Position numbers and translations under genes: made by a program. This document shows, one piece after another, positions 9,899 through 19,285 of a DNA stretch of 58,364 nucleotides. Location: the IMG/VR virus record IMGVR_UViG_3300025131_009806, positions 1 through 58,364 of that record; one strand, 5' to 3'. Within the stretch, counting starts at the first letter, position 1. The number at the start of each line of letters is the position of its first letter. The notes beneath the pieces are model-generated. The model was given only the letters and a program-made list of their open reading frames with translations. It ran no database searches and was not told the origin of the DNA. Source of the DNA: a virus (Duplodnaviria; Caudoviricetes).

Positions 9899-10938
9899 GA
9901 TTTTTAATCACTGGAGCTGGTGGACTTATCGGAAGTGAAGCAGCTAGATATTTTTTAAAAAATAATCTTGTCTGGGGAATTGATAATAATATGAGGGCCC
10001 AATTTTTTGGACCACAAGGAGATGTTACACCAGCAATAGACTCTCTAAATAATCTAGATGGATACACTCATTTCTGGGCAGACATAACAAAAGAGGATCA
10101 GATAGAAGATATTTTTAGAAAGATCATGCCAGATGTCATTATTCATTGCGCAGCCCAGCCCTCACATGATAAAGCTGCATCAATTCCACTATTAGATTTT
10201 GATGTGAATGCCAGAGGAACAATTCTTTTATTAGAGTCATTTAGAAAATATTGCAAAGAAGACTCAGTCTTTATACACATGAGTACAAATAAGGTTTATG
10301 GAGATGGACCAAATCATCTTTCTCTAGTAGAGCTAGAAAATAGATGGGAATATACTGATCCAGAGCTATTTGGTATCGGAATATCAGAAACATTTTCAAT
10401 TGATAGGTGCTTACATTCCTTATTTGGAGCTTCAAAGGTGTCTGCAGATATTATTGCACAAGAATATGGTAGATATTTTGGATTAAATGTAGGGATATTT
10501 AGAGGAGGATGTCTTACAGGTCCGCAGCACGCTGGCGTAGAGCTACACGGATTTTTGTCCTATATCATCAAGTGTGCATTAAACAAAAAACATTATACAA
10601 TATTTGGATATGGTGGAAAACAGGTGAGAGATCAAATTCACTCATTTGATGTGATAAGGGCTTTTGAATCTTTTATTCAGCACCCTAAAAAGGGAGAAGT
10701 CTATAATATCGGCGGAGGATATGAAAATAGTGCATCAGTTATTGAGATTATAGAGATTCTAAGAGAGAGATATGGGCTAGTTTTAAATTATTCACTTGAT
10801 GATAAAAATAGAATAGGGGATCATATTTGCTATTACACTGATTTATCAAAATTTAAAAAAGATTTCACTTCTTGGAATATATCTAGATCCCTAGATGATA
10901 TAATTAATGAAATTATATCTAATGAAAGTCAAGGATAA
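9895..10938 (+). CDS. NAD-dependent epimerase, CDP-paratose 2-epimerase (RfbE)-like subfamily
   Basis: ITGAGGLIG, HCAAQPSHD, STNKVYGD, SLFGASK, GKQVRDQIH. Confidence 0.85.
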   Translation: MRFLITGAGGLIGSEAARYFLKNNLVWGIDNNMRAQFFGPQGDVTPAIDSLNNLDGYTHFWADITKEDQIEDIFRKIMPDVIIHCAAQPSHDKAASIPLLDFDVNARGTILLLESFRKYCKEDSVFIHMSTNKVYGDGPNHLSLVELENRWEYTDPELFGIGISETFSIDRCLHSLFGASKVSADIIAQEYGRYFGLNVGIFRGGCLTGPQHAGVELHGFLSYIIKCALNKKHYTIFGYGGKQVRDQIHSFDVIRAFESFIQHPKKGEVYNIGGGYENSASVIEIIEILRERYGLVLNYSLDDKNRIGDHICYYTDLSKFKKDFTSWNISRSLDDIINEIISNESQG

Positions 10939-10943
10939 CACTA

Positions 10944-11864
10944 ATGGGAATAGAAGATATTAACAAAAATATTAATGAATTTCCTATTATTTTTAAAGAT
11001 CAAGAACTTTACATCAAAGATACACGCGTCACTTCTGTCATTAATCAAATAATTTGTAGTGGGCAACGACTAGATACTTCGACACTAAGTGATAACCAGC
11101 TAAAATTAATACGATCAGTTGAGAACTCTGTAAATAATGCTGAAATATTTAGGTCCAAATTGAATGATGATATTTTAAATATGAGAGGAGTGACTTCAAC
11201 ATCTCGTAAGATTAGACATTTTTTAAATAATATCTGCGAACTATCTCCAGATTATTTAGAAGTTGGATGTGCATCAGGATCTACATATATTTCTTCACAC
11301 TATTTAAATAATATGAATTCCTCCTATGTGTGTGATTTATTTGCTGAATCTAAAAATGGAGAAAATGGAAAGGATACTTTTTTAAATAATTGTCAAAAAT
11401 ATCTTGAAAAGGATCCAGAAAATTTATTTTCTGAAGATTGTTTTTCCCTTGATTTGTCAAAAATATCCAATAAAATAAATCTCTATTTATATGACGCTAG
11501 ACACAATGTAGATGATCAAGAAAAAGCTTTGACATATTTTGAAGAAGTTTTTGATGATGACGTTATCTTTATAGTTGATGACTGGAATGATAGCAGGGTC
11601 AAGATAGGAACAGTCTTGGGACTGGCAAAGATAGGTTATGATATCATATGGTGGAATAGCCCTCCAGCTCATAGTCAAATTACATATCTATTTAAAAATA
11701 TATTTGCACAAAGGGGACAAGTGAAATTTAGTAAGGATGATCCCTTTGGAGATGAATTTAGGTGGCACAACGGATTGATGATAATGATTCTATCCAAGAG
11801 GAAAAAAAATAAGGATGGTCTTGAAGATAATGAACAATATATTGATGAATGGCTGGAGGGCTAG
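10944..11864 (+). CDS. Class I SAM-dependent methyltransferase (Methyltransf_24-like)
   Basis: YLEVGCASGST, LYLYDARH, IVDDWN, WHNGL. Confidence 0.75.
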   Translation: MGIEDINKNINEFPIIFKDQELYIKDTRVTSVINQIICSGQRLDTSTLSDNQLKLIRSVENSVNNAEIFRSKLNDDILNMRGVTSTSRKIRHFLNNICELSPDYLEVGCASGSTYISSHYLNNMNSSYVCDLFAESKNGENGKDTFLNNCQKYLEKDPENLFSEDCFSLDLSKISNKINLYLYDARHNVDDQEKALTYFEEVFDDDVIFIVDDWNDSRVKIGTVLGLAKIGYDIIWWNSPPAHSQITYLFKNIFAQRGQVKFSKDDPFGDEFRWHNGLMIMILSKRKKNKDGLEDNEQYIDEWLEG

Positions 11865-11866
11865 CA

Positions 11867-12892
11867 GTGAGTAATTTACCTAAAGTCACATTTGGAATAG
11901 TAAACTGTAATAGACTGTATTATTTAAAGAGCTGCTTAGAATCTCTAATTTTTTGTACGAAGAGCTACGAAAACAAAGAGCTAATAGTTGTCGATAATGC
12001 GTCAATAGAAGAAGGAACCTCTGAATACCTAGATGAAATAGAAAAAAATGGAATAATCGTCGTACGGCAAAAGAAGAGAGATCCTAGTAATGAATTTGCA
12101 AAGGCACTTAACATAATATCAGAGATAGCAACAGGAGAGTATATCTGCCCACTACAGGGGGATATGCAATTTATAGTTAGAGGACCGTGGCTTGAAGAAT
12201 ATGTCAGATATTTTCAAAAACATGGAAATAATATAGGATGTATTTCTCTAGATGCTCAAAGAAAAATCACAATTCGTAGGCGTTCACCATATGGAGTTTT
12301 TGACAAAGATGAGCTAGATAACCACTTTAGATTTTTTATAGAGCCAAAAAGACCCCCAATAAGCGGCGCAGCTGATGTGATGTATAGTAAAGAAATAATA
12401 AAGAAAATATATCCGTGGAATGTTAACAATTCAAGCCATGAGGGCGGTGATGATTCAGAAACTGCTATGCTTAAAAAAATTGAAGACTTAGTTAGATCCA
12501 GTGACTTAAAGGATGTTTTCTTCATATCTCCACAAATTCCTGTTTCAGTTGCAATTCAAACTGACAGCCGAGGAACTAATGCAAGAGTTAGAGGGACTAA
12601 AAGATATGGAGACTATTGGCCAGCAAAAAAAGACTTTAGGTATTATGAGATATTTGAAATAGAAGATCTCATTTCTAGCTGTGATAAAAATAGTCCTCCA
12701 CTGGCAATAGACGATCTTGCCAAGGGGGTCGAGTGGAATGTTCCTAAAGACGAACTTGGAAATTGGCTAAAAAATCCAATTCAACCAGAAAGTGCATCTA
12801 TTAATGACTATGTTGACTTAGAAATATCTAATAAGCCCCCAGAAGATTCTTTGTCTCCAGACTACTTGTCTGAATGGTTAGATGATGAGTAA
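11867..12892 (+). CDS. GT2 glycosyltransferase
   Basis: VTFGIVNCNR..YLKSCLESL, LIVVDNAS, ALN, LQGDM; GTG start after GGAGG. Confidence 0.82.
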   Translation: MSNLPKVTFGIVNCNRLYYLKSCLESLIFCTKSYENKELIVVDNASIEEGTSEYLDEIEKNGIIVVRQKKRDPSNEFAKALNIISEIATGEYICPLQGDMQFIVRGPWLEEYVRYFQKHGNNIGCISLDAQRKITIRRRSPYGVFDKDELDNHFRFFIEPKRPPISGAADVMYSKEIIKKIYPWNVNNSSHEGGDDSETAMLKKIEDLVRSSDLKDVFFISPQIPVSVAIQTDSRGTNARVRGTKRYGDYWPAKKDFRYYEIFEIEDLISSCDKNSPPLAIDDLAKGVEWNVPKDELGNWLKNPIQPESASINDYVDLEISNKPPEDSLSPDYLSEWLDDE

Positions 12893-13802
12893 GATTTTTG
12901 TACTGCCTCCTAGAGAAAGCTGGATATGTGATAGAATTTCAGCTGAGTGGTATGAAAATTGTCAAGATATTTCAACAAAAAATATCATAGATGCAGACAT
13001 AATATGGCTATTAGCAGGCTGGTGCTGGAAGCAAGTTAATTTAGAGCTTTTAAAGACAAAAAGAGTTGTTGTCACAATTCATCATATTGTTCCAGAAAAG
13101 TTTACGCAAGAAAAATTTAATGACTTTATGTTAAGAGATAAGTTTGTTGATCTTTATCACGTGCCCAATGATAAAGCCTACAAGGCTGTCTCTAGATTAA
13201 CACAAAAACCAATTAAGGTAGTAGGCTACTGGTTTGATAAAAAAAAGTGGTTTCATGAAGAAAGGAGCACTTGTAGGGATAGGCTTGGGTTATCAAATAA
13301 TGATTTCATAGTTGGATCATTTCAAAGAGATACAGAGGGATCTGACCTAATAACACCAAAGCTTGAAAAAGGTCCAGATCAGTTTTGTGATTATGTTGGA
13401 AACATGCAAAGAGATAATTTACATGTTCTCCTCGGCGGATGGCGACGACAATATGTGATATCTAGACTAGAAAAAATGAAAATACCCTACACCTATTTTG
13501 AACTTGCAAACCTTGAAACTTTGCGTTTAATGTACTGTTCTCTAGACTTATATGCAATATCATCTAGATACGAGGGAGGCCCACAGTCAGCTCTAGAGGC
13601 CTCTGGAATGCACATCCCTATAGTATCTACAGATGTGGGTATGGTACCAGATATACTTCACAAAGATTGTATATTTGAAAAATTAGATTCTAATTTCTAT
13701 CCAAGTAAAAATCATGTAGAGTTCAACTTTGAACAAGCAATGAAATTTGAGATATTATTACATAAAGAAAGATATATTGAAATGTTTAAGGGAATATTGT
13801 GA
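12882..13802 (+). CDS. GT4 glycosyltransferase
   Basis: GSFQRD, EKGPD, SRYEGGPQSALEA, IVSTDVG. Confidence 0.85.
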   Translation: MMSKIFVLPPRESWICDRISAEWYENCQDISTKNIIDADIIWLLAGWCWKQVNLELLKTKRVVVTIHHIVPEKFTQEKFNDFMLRDKFVDLYHVPNDKAYKAVSRLTQKPIKVVGYWFDKKKWFHEERSTCRDRLGLSNNDFIVGSFQRDTEGSDLITPKLEKGPDQFCDYVGNMQRDNLHVLLGGWRRQYVISRLEKMKIPYTYFELANLETLRLMYCSLDLYAISSRYEGGPQSALEASGMHIPIVSTDVGMVPDILHKDCIFEKLDSNFYPSKNHVEFNFEQAMKFEILLHKERYIEMFKGIL

Positions 13803-14782
13803 AAAAAAAGGTAGCTTTGATAACAGGAATAAACGGGATGGACGGTAGCCATCTAGCAGACTTTCTTCTTGATAGAGACTATGAGATTTTCGGTGTTGAA
13901 AGAAGGTCTTCTGTTAAAAATAGAACAAATACAAAACATCTAGAAGGAAAGGTAACTTTTCTCACAGGCGATCTAACAGACCAAAATTCACTCTTTAGGT
14001 GTCTAAAGCAGAGCAATCCTGATGAGGTTTATAATTTAGCTGCGCAGTCTTTTGTAGGAGAAAGTTGGAATACACCAGAGCAAACATCTGATGTCACAGG
14101 TCTAGGGGCACTAAGAATGCTAGAGGCCCTCAGAGAATATAAAGAGACACGTAGTGATTTACGGTATTATCAAGCCAGTTCATCAGAAATGTTTGGTAGA
14201 ATGGTTGAAAATCCAGCAAGTGAAACTACACCGTTTTATCCTAGAAGTCCATATGGTGTCTCTAAACTATATGCACACTGGATCACTAAAAACTATAGAG
14301 AGTCATACGGTATGTTTAACTGCTCTGGTATACTCTTTAATCATGAGTCTGAAAGGAGAGGATTAGAATTTGTGACTAGAAAAATATCTAATGGTGTTGC
14401 AAAAATAAGTCTAGGAATAGCAGACCATATATCTTTAGGAAATCTTGATGCTAAGCGAGACTGGGGCTATGCACCTGACTATGTTGAATCAATGTGGCTA
14501 ATGCTTCAACAAGATGAACCTGATGATTATGTAGTTGCTACTGGAAAGTGTCACTCTATACGAGACTTTTTAAGTGAAGCATTCTCCTTAGTGGGAATCG
14601 AAGACTGGAAAGATTATATTATTCAAGATCCAAGATTTATGAGACCTGCTGAAGTAGATGTTCTCGTTGGAGATAGCTCAAGGGCGAAGAATAATTTGGG
14701 GTGGGAGCCTAAGACATCTTTTAAGGAATTAGTAAGCATCATGGTTAATAGTGATATTGAAATATTAAAAAAGAGCTTATAG
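13799..14782 (+). CDS. gmd: GDP-mannose 4,6-dehydratase
   Basis: ALITGINGMDGS, YNLAAQSFV, YQASSSEMFG, PRSPYGVSK, LFNHESERRG.EFVTRKI, RDWGYA, RPAEV. Confidence 0.96.
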   Translation: MKKKVALITGINGMDGSHLADFLLDRDYEIFGVERRSSVKNRTNTKHLEGKVTFLTGDLTDQNSLFRCLKQSNPDEVYNLAAQSFVGESWNTPEQTSDVTGLGALRMLEALREYKETRSDLRYYQASSSEMFGRMVENPASETTPFYPRSPYGVSKLYAHWITKNYRESYGMFNCSGILFNHESERRGLEFVTRKISNGVAKISLGIADHISLGNLDAKRDWGYAPDYVESMWLMLQQDEPDDYVVATGKCHSIRDFLSEAFSLVGIEDWKDYIIQDPRFMRPAEVDVLVGDSSRAKNNLGWEPKTSFKELVSIMVNSDIEILKKSL

Positions 14783-14826
14783 TCACTTTATTTAAATGTG
14801 TGATATGAAATACGAGGGAGTTTTTA

Positions 14827-16467
14827 ATGGTTTCTGAAAAAATGATAGCAGGCGTATGGTCAGGCCATGATTCATCTTATTGTATTCTAGATGGTGGACG
14901 ACCTATCATACACGATGAATATGAGAGATTTATAAGAGAAAAAGAGCCAGCCGGTGACTCTGTAAGATTTCTTTTAGATAACTTTAAAGACCACGGATCA
15001 TTAAAGTATGTAGCAACATGTACACCAACTAATAAGCTAACAGAGCACAAAGAGTCTCTTATAGAGATAAATTCAATAATTTCTAAAAACGGTGGAGGCA
15101 TATATTCAGTTGGACATCATCAAGCACATGCTGCAAATACATTCTTTTCTAGCAATTTCAAAGAATCACTAATCTTGACAATCGACGGCGGCGGAGTCGA
15201 GGATGATGGATTTGAGACAGCATTCACTGTGTGGACAGGCAAAGAAAATGAAATTAACTGTAAGTACAGACTTCCAATGAATGTCTTAAACATAGGTGGG
15301 CTCTGGACACGGGCCACAAGGTATATTTTTGAACTACAGTCAGGGTGGCCACGGGGTCACCAGGCAGGATCTGTGATGGCCATGGCAGCCTTGGGAGATA
15401 GGGAAAAATATGTAAAAGATTTTCATAAAATGCTTACAGAAGACATACAGATAGCTTCTTTTAAGCCTCCAAATCAGCCAAAGGGAGCTTTAATCTTAGG
15501 TAATGATCCAAAGCATCCCTATCTAGACAAATGGAATAAGATAGCAAGAAAAAGTGAGCAAGATAAGTTTGATCTAGCAGCAGGCCTACAATATGCCACA
15601 GAGATCTTCTTTAAAGCTCTTATGACACAAATTATAGGAGAAGTTCCTCAAAAAAATCTTTGTTTAGCTGGCGGCGTATCTCTAAATTGTGTTCTCATAG
15701 GAAAGATAAAAGAATGGTTTCCGCAGATAGAAAATATATTTGCAACAACAGTTCCACATGACGGCGGCATAGCTATAGGGGCAGCTCAGTATGTCTGGCA
15801 TCAAGTCTTAAGAAACGAAAGAATTAAGTGGAAGGATAATTTCACTCCATATCTAGGCAAAACATACTCAGAGCAAGAAGTGATGAAGTCGATATCAGAT
15901 AAAGATAGCGTCGAAATAAAAAAAGTTTCAGACAGCGATGTTATTGATCTTCTCGATCACCAGAAAATTATCTCGGTATTTGGACAAGGTTCAGAATCAG
16001 GTCGTCGTGCACTAGGAAATAGAAGCATATTAGCAGATCCCCGCTCATCTAAAATGAAAGAAATAATAAATGATAAGGTGAAGCACAGGCAGTGGTATAG
16101 ACCATTTGCTCCCTCAATCTTAGAGGAAGAGGGGAAAAATTGGTTTGAAAACTATCAAGAGAGTCCATATATGAGCTTTGCACTACACTTCAAAGAGGAA
16201 AAGAAGGAACTAGTTCCAGCTGTTGTTCACGTAGATGGAACAGCTAGATTGCAGACAGTTACAAGTAATGATAATAATTGGTATCATAATTTTTTAAAGA
16301 TGTGGCACAAAAAATCTGGTGTTCCTATTTTACTTAATACGAGCTTTAATGATAGAGAGCCAATATGTGAAACACCAGACCATGCAATTAATTGTTTTTT
16401 AGGTACAGATATTGACTATCTATACTTTTATGATTATGGATTTTTGCTTTCAAAGGTAGACAAATGA
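14827..16467 (+). CDS. NodU/CmcH-family O-carbamoyltransferase
   Basis: GHDSS, HHQAHAA, IDGGG, LAGGVSLN, HDGGIAIGAA, GRRALGNRSILADP, RQWYRPFAPS, VHVDGTARLQTV, LLNTSFN. Confidence 0.93.
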   Translation: MVSEKMIAGVWSGHDSSYCILDGGRPIIHDEYERFIREKEPAGDSVRFLLDNFKDHGSLKYVATCTPTNKLTEHKESLIEINSIISKNGGGIYSVGHHQAHAANTFFSSNFKESLILTIDGGGVEDDGFETAFTVWTGKENEINCKYRLPMNVLNIGGLWTRATRYIFELQSGWPRGHQAGSVMAMAALGDREKYVKDFHKMLTEDIQIASFKPPNQPKGALILGNDPKHPYLDKWNKIARKSEQDKFDLAAGLQYATEIFFKALMTQIIGEVPQKNLCLAGGVSLNCVLIGKIKEWFPQIENIFATTVPHDGGIAIGAAQYVWHQVLRNERIKWKDNFTPYLGKTYSEQEVMKSISDKDSVEIKKVSDSDVIDLLDHQKIISVFGQGSESGRRALGNRSILADPRSSKMKEIINDKVKHRQWYRPFAPSILEEEGKNWFENYQESPYMSFALHFKEEKKELVPAVVHVDGTARLQTVTSNDNNWYHNFLKMWHKKSGVPILLNTSFNDREPICETPDHAINCFLGTDIDYLYFYDYGFLLSKVDK

Positions 16468-17057
16468 AAGTATGCATAGTTGGAAATTCACCTAATCTTT
16501 TAGATAAAGACTTAGGTGATAAAATAGACATGTGTGACCATGTCATTAGAATTAATGATTTTGTAATAGAGGGATTTGAAAAACAGATAGGCTCTAAAAC
16601 AACTATTATTGCAGCAGGTTTTAGTTCTATTTCTAAGATGCTAAAGGGTGATTACACAACAAGTCATCTTATGAATACGTGTGATATATGGGTTCTTCAT
16701 CCAGAACCAGGAAGGATTAGCAGTGTTGTCAACTATGGAGTGAGTAAAGATAGAATATTTGTAATAGATGGAGATGCTTATAGCTTTTTAAAAAATGTCA
16801 TTTATGAAAATTTTTGGAGAAAGATACCTTCTTGTGGAATAGCAACTATTCAAATGTCACTTAATCACTTTAAAAGTGATGAAATATTTATCGTGGGATT
16901 TGATGAAAATACTGGAAAAGAAGGAAAAGGTCACTATTATGAAAAAGACTTTCTTGATATAGACCTTCCAGGTGACCCAGTAGGTCATGATTTCGCATCC
17001 GAAAATTCTTACATACAGAGACTTGTCGATAAAGAAAGAATTAAAAGGCTTGAATAA
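16464..17057 (+). CDS. GT29 (eukaryote-type) sialyltransferase-like protein, soluble minimal form
   Basis: Sialylmotif L (CIVGNS..L...LG..ID.CD.VIRIN....GFEK.IGSKTT), S (PSCG...IVGFD), III (HYYE) and VS (HDFASE). Confidence 0.82.
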   Translation: MKVCIVGNSPNLLDKDLGDKIDMCDHVIRINDFVIEGFEKQIGSKTTIIAAGFSSISKMLKGDYTTSHLMNTCDIWVLHPEPGRISSVVNYGVSKDRIFVIDGDAYSFLKNVIYENFWRKIPSCGIATIQMSLNHFKSDEIFIVGFDENTGKEGKGHYYEKDFLDIDLPGDPVGHDFASENSYIQRLVDKERIKRLE

Positions 17058-17069
17058 AAGAGCTTTGTA

Positions 17070-17099
17070 TTGAAAATCTTTATTAATTTTAAATATAAT
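17070..17099 (+). promoter_or_regulatory. Putative sigma70-like promoter
   Basis: TTGAAA-N18-TATAAT, then a GGAGG RBS. Confidence 0.5.
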
Positions 17100-17119
17100 T
17101 CTATTGTTCGGAGGCTTGA

Positions 17120-18358
17120 ATGAATACGTGGTATGTCATACCTGCACGCAAGGGTTCTAAGGGGCTCAAGTTTAAAAATAGAAGACTGTTGCCAATAACA
17201 GTAAATCAGATACCTGATCATGAAAAAGATAATATCATAGTATCTACTGATGACGAAGCTCTAATTGATTTCTGTAAAGAGAAAAATATTTTATTTAGAG
17301 ATAGGCCTCGCCATCTATCTAGTGATGAAGCATCTTTAAAGGATGTGATTTTAGATACTGTACAGTATTTTAAAATGGATTCAGATGATATAGTTGTAAT
17401 TCTTTTTCCAACATTTCCACAAAGAACATTTGATGATATCAGAGAAGCCTTAGCTTTTCTAGATAAAAATAACTTAAAGTCTTGCACAGGAAAAAGAGTC
17501 ATAGAAGATAATCATCCGTATCTGTGCTTTGAAAAGTCTGGGAGCATACTGGGAAAAAAGGTCGTAGATCATCCACACTATAGAAGACAAGACTATCCAG
17601 ACTGTTTTGGACTTTGTCATCTTGTATGTGTTGCAAAGGCATCAGAGGTATCAAGGCTTGATGATCTTTTGGTAAATTCTGAAACAGGCTACATGTGGTG
17701 TAGAGATGATCTCATAGATGTTGATTATGAAGAAGATTTTTTAAAGTATTCTGAAAAAATGACATCTGGAATTGAAAGATTTAATCCTAGGGCTTTTGAA
17801 ATAGAATTTTCTCCATTTATAAGACACTTTGATAGATACTTTGATGCAATAAAGCTTTTGGGAAAAACAGGAGATAGAGAGTCTTGGCTAGACTGTGCCT
17901 GTGGCAGTGGATATGGAACATCTTTTTTAACAAATTTTACTAGTAATGTATGGGGGTATGATAGAGATAAAGAGGCTATCATGCATGCTAACTGCTTCTA
18001 TAAGAATAGATTTTGCAATTTTACTTCTAGTATAAATGACCTTAGTGATAAAAGATTTGATATAATTTTTTCAATTGAAACCATAGAGCACATGCCTATA
18101 GAGGAAGCAAAAGTCTTTTTAAGGCAGTGCAATGATATGCTTGTAGATGATGGGCACCTATTAATCACAACACCAATTGTTGAAAAAACAAATTTAAATC
18201 CTACTAATGAATTTCATTTTTTTGAATGTTCACTGAGTGATTTTGTTAGTCTCTTAGCTGATGGTGGATTTAATGTGGTCGATACATTATTAAAAGAAAC
18301 AACTTTTACAGATGGTGAAACAAAAGACCAGGGATATTTTAAGTGTCAAAAATCGTAG
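17120..18358 (+). CDS. neuA: CMP-nonulosonate synthetase (NeuA-like cytidylyltransferase) fused to a C-terminal SAM methyltransferase
   Basis: IPARKGSKGLKFKN, VSTDD, PTFPQR, RRQD, IDVD; then LDCACGSGYG, IETIEH, ITTP, NEFHFFE. Confidence 0.85.
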   Translation: MNTWYVIPARKGSKGLKFKNRRLLPITVNQIPDHEKDNIIVSTDDEALIDFCKEKNILFRDRPRHLSSDEASLKDVILDTVQYFKMDSDDIVVILFPTFPQRTFDDIREALAFLDKNNLKSCTGKRVIEDNHPYLCFEKSGSILGKKVVDHPHYRRQDYPDCFGLCHLVCVAKASEVSRLDDLLVNSETGYMWCRDDLIDVDYEEDFLKYSEKMTSGIERFNPRAFEIEFSPFIRHFDRYFDAIKLLGKTGDRESWLDCACGSGYGTSFLTNFTSNVWGYDRDKEAIMHANCFYKNRFCNFTSSINDLSDKRFDIIFSIETIEHMPIEEAKVFLRQCNDMLVDDGHLLITTPIVEKTNLNPTNEFHFFECSLSDFVSLLADGGFNVVDTLLKETTFTDGETKDQGYFKCQKS

Positions 18359-18366
18359 TAAATTTT

Positions 18367-18395
18367 TATAAATCTTAAAGCTTATAACTTATAAT
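18367..18395 (+). promoter_or_regulatory. Putative promoter
   Basis: TATAAA-N17-TATAAT, then an AGGAG RBS. Confidence 0.5.
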
Positions 18396-18415
18396 TCATA
18401 TAGTAGGAGACAAAA

Positions 18416-19285
18416 GTGAAAAGCAATAGAAAAAATGTGTTTGTTATCGCAGAAATTGGTATCAATCACAATGGTGATCTCGAAATAGCAAAGCGATTAA
18501 TAGATGAAGCTAATAAGGCAGGATTCAATGCTGTAAAATTTCAAAAGAGAACAGTAGAAGATGTGTATGCTCCTGAAGAGCTTGACAGACTACGAGAAAG
18601 TCCATTTGGAACAACAAATAGAGAACAAAAAAACGGACTAGAGTTTAGAGAAGCAGACTATGATGAAATTGATAGATACTGTAAGACTCTATGTATTGAA
18701 TGGTTTGCATCTTCTTGGGATATTAAGAGTCAAGAATTTATTAGGAAGTATGACTTAAAGTACAATAAAGTTGCTTCTGCAATGTTAACCGTAACACCTC
18801 TTCTTCATAAGATCGCTGAAGAAAGAAAGCACACATTTATATCTACTGGAATGAGTACTCTTAGAGAAATTGATGAAGCTGTAAGAGTTTTTAGAAAATA
18901 TGACTGTCCATTTGAATTGATGCACTGTAACTCATCTTATCCCATGAAGGATGAAGAAGCAAATCTTTTAGTTATTAAAACTCTAAGAAACAGATACAGT
19001 TGTGATGTTGGGTATAGCGGACATGAAAGGGGTGTTAGTGTGACTCTAGCTGCAACAGCAATTGGAGCTACTAGCATTGAAAGACATATAACTCTAGATA
19101 GAACGATGTATGGGTCTGATCAAGCTGCATCTCTTGGACTTCCAGCAGTAAGAAAGCTTGTGAGAGATATTAGGGTTATTGAATCTGCTATGGGTGATGG
19201 TGAAAAAAGAATATATGAGAGCGAGAAATCTTGTAGAGAGAAGCTATCAAATCCTTACTGGTTGAAGAAAATGCGAGGTGAATAG
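18416..19285 (+). CDS. neuB: NeuB-family nonulosonic acid synthase (short form lacking the C-terminal SAF domain)
   Basis: IAEIGINHNGD, AVKFQKR, KVASA, ISTGMS, MHCNSSYP, GYSGHE, IERHITLDR, GSDQAASL. Confidence 0.93.
   Translation: MKSNRKNVFVIAEIGINHNGDLEIAKRLIDEANKAGFNAVKFQKRTVEDVYAPEELDRLRESPFGTTNREQKNGLEFREADYDEIDRYCKTLCIEWFASSWDIKSQEFIRKYDLKYNKVASAMLTVTPLLHKIAEERKHTFISTGMSTLREIDEAVRVFRKYDCPFELMHCNSSYPMKDEEANLLVIKTLRNRYSCDVGYSGHERGVSVTLAATAIGATSIERHITLDRTMYGSDQAASLGLPAVRKLVRDIRVIESAMGDGEKRIYESEKSCREKLSNPYWLKKMRGE

Noticed and set aside
9895-10938. Pseudogene call because YxxxK reads FGASK
   Set aside because: The ORF is intact with all other motifs, and I recall SLFGASK as typical of this RfbE-like subfamily.
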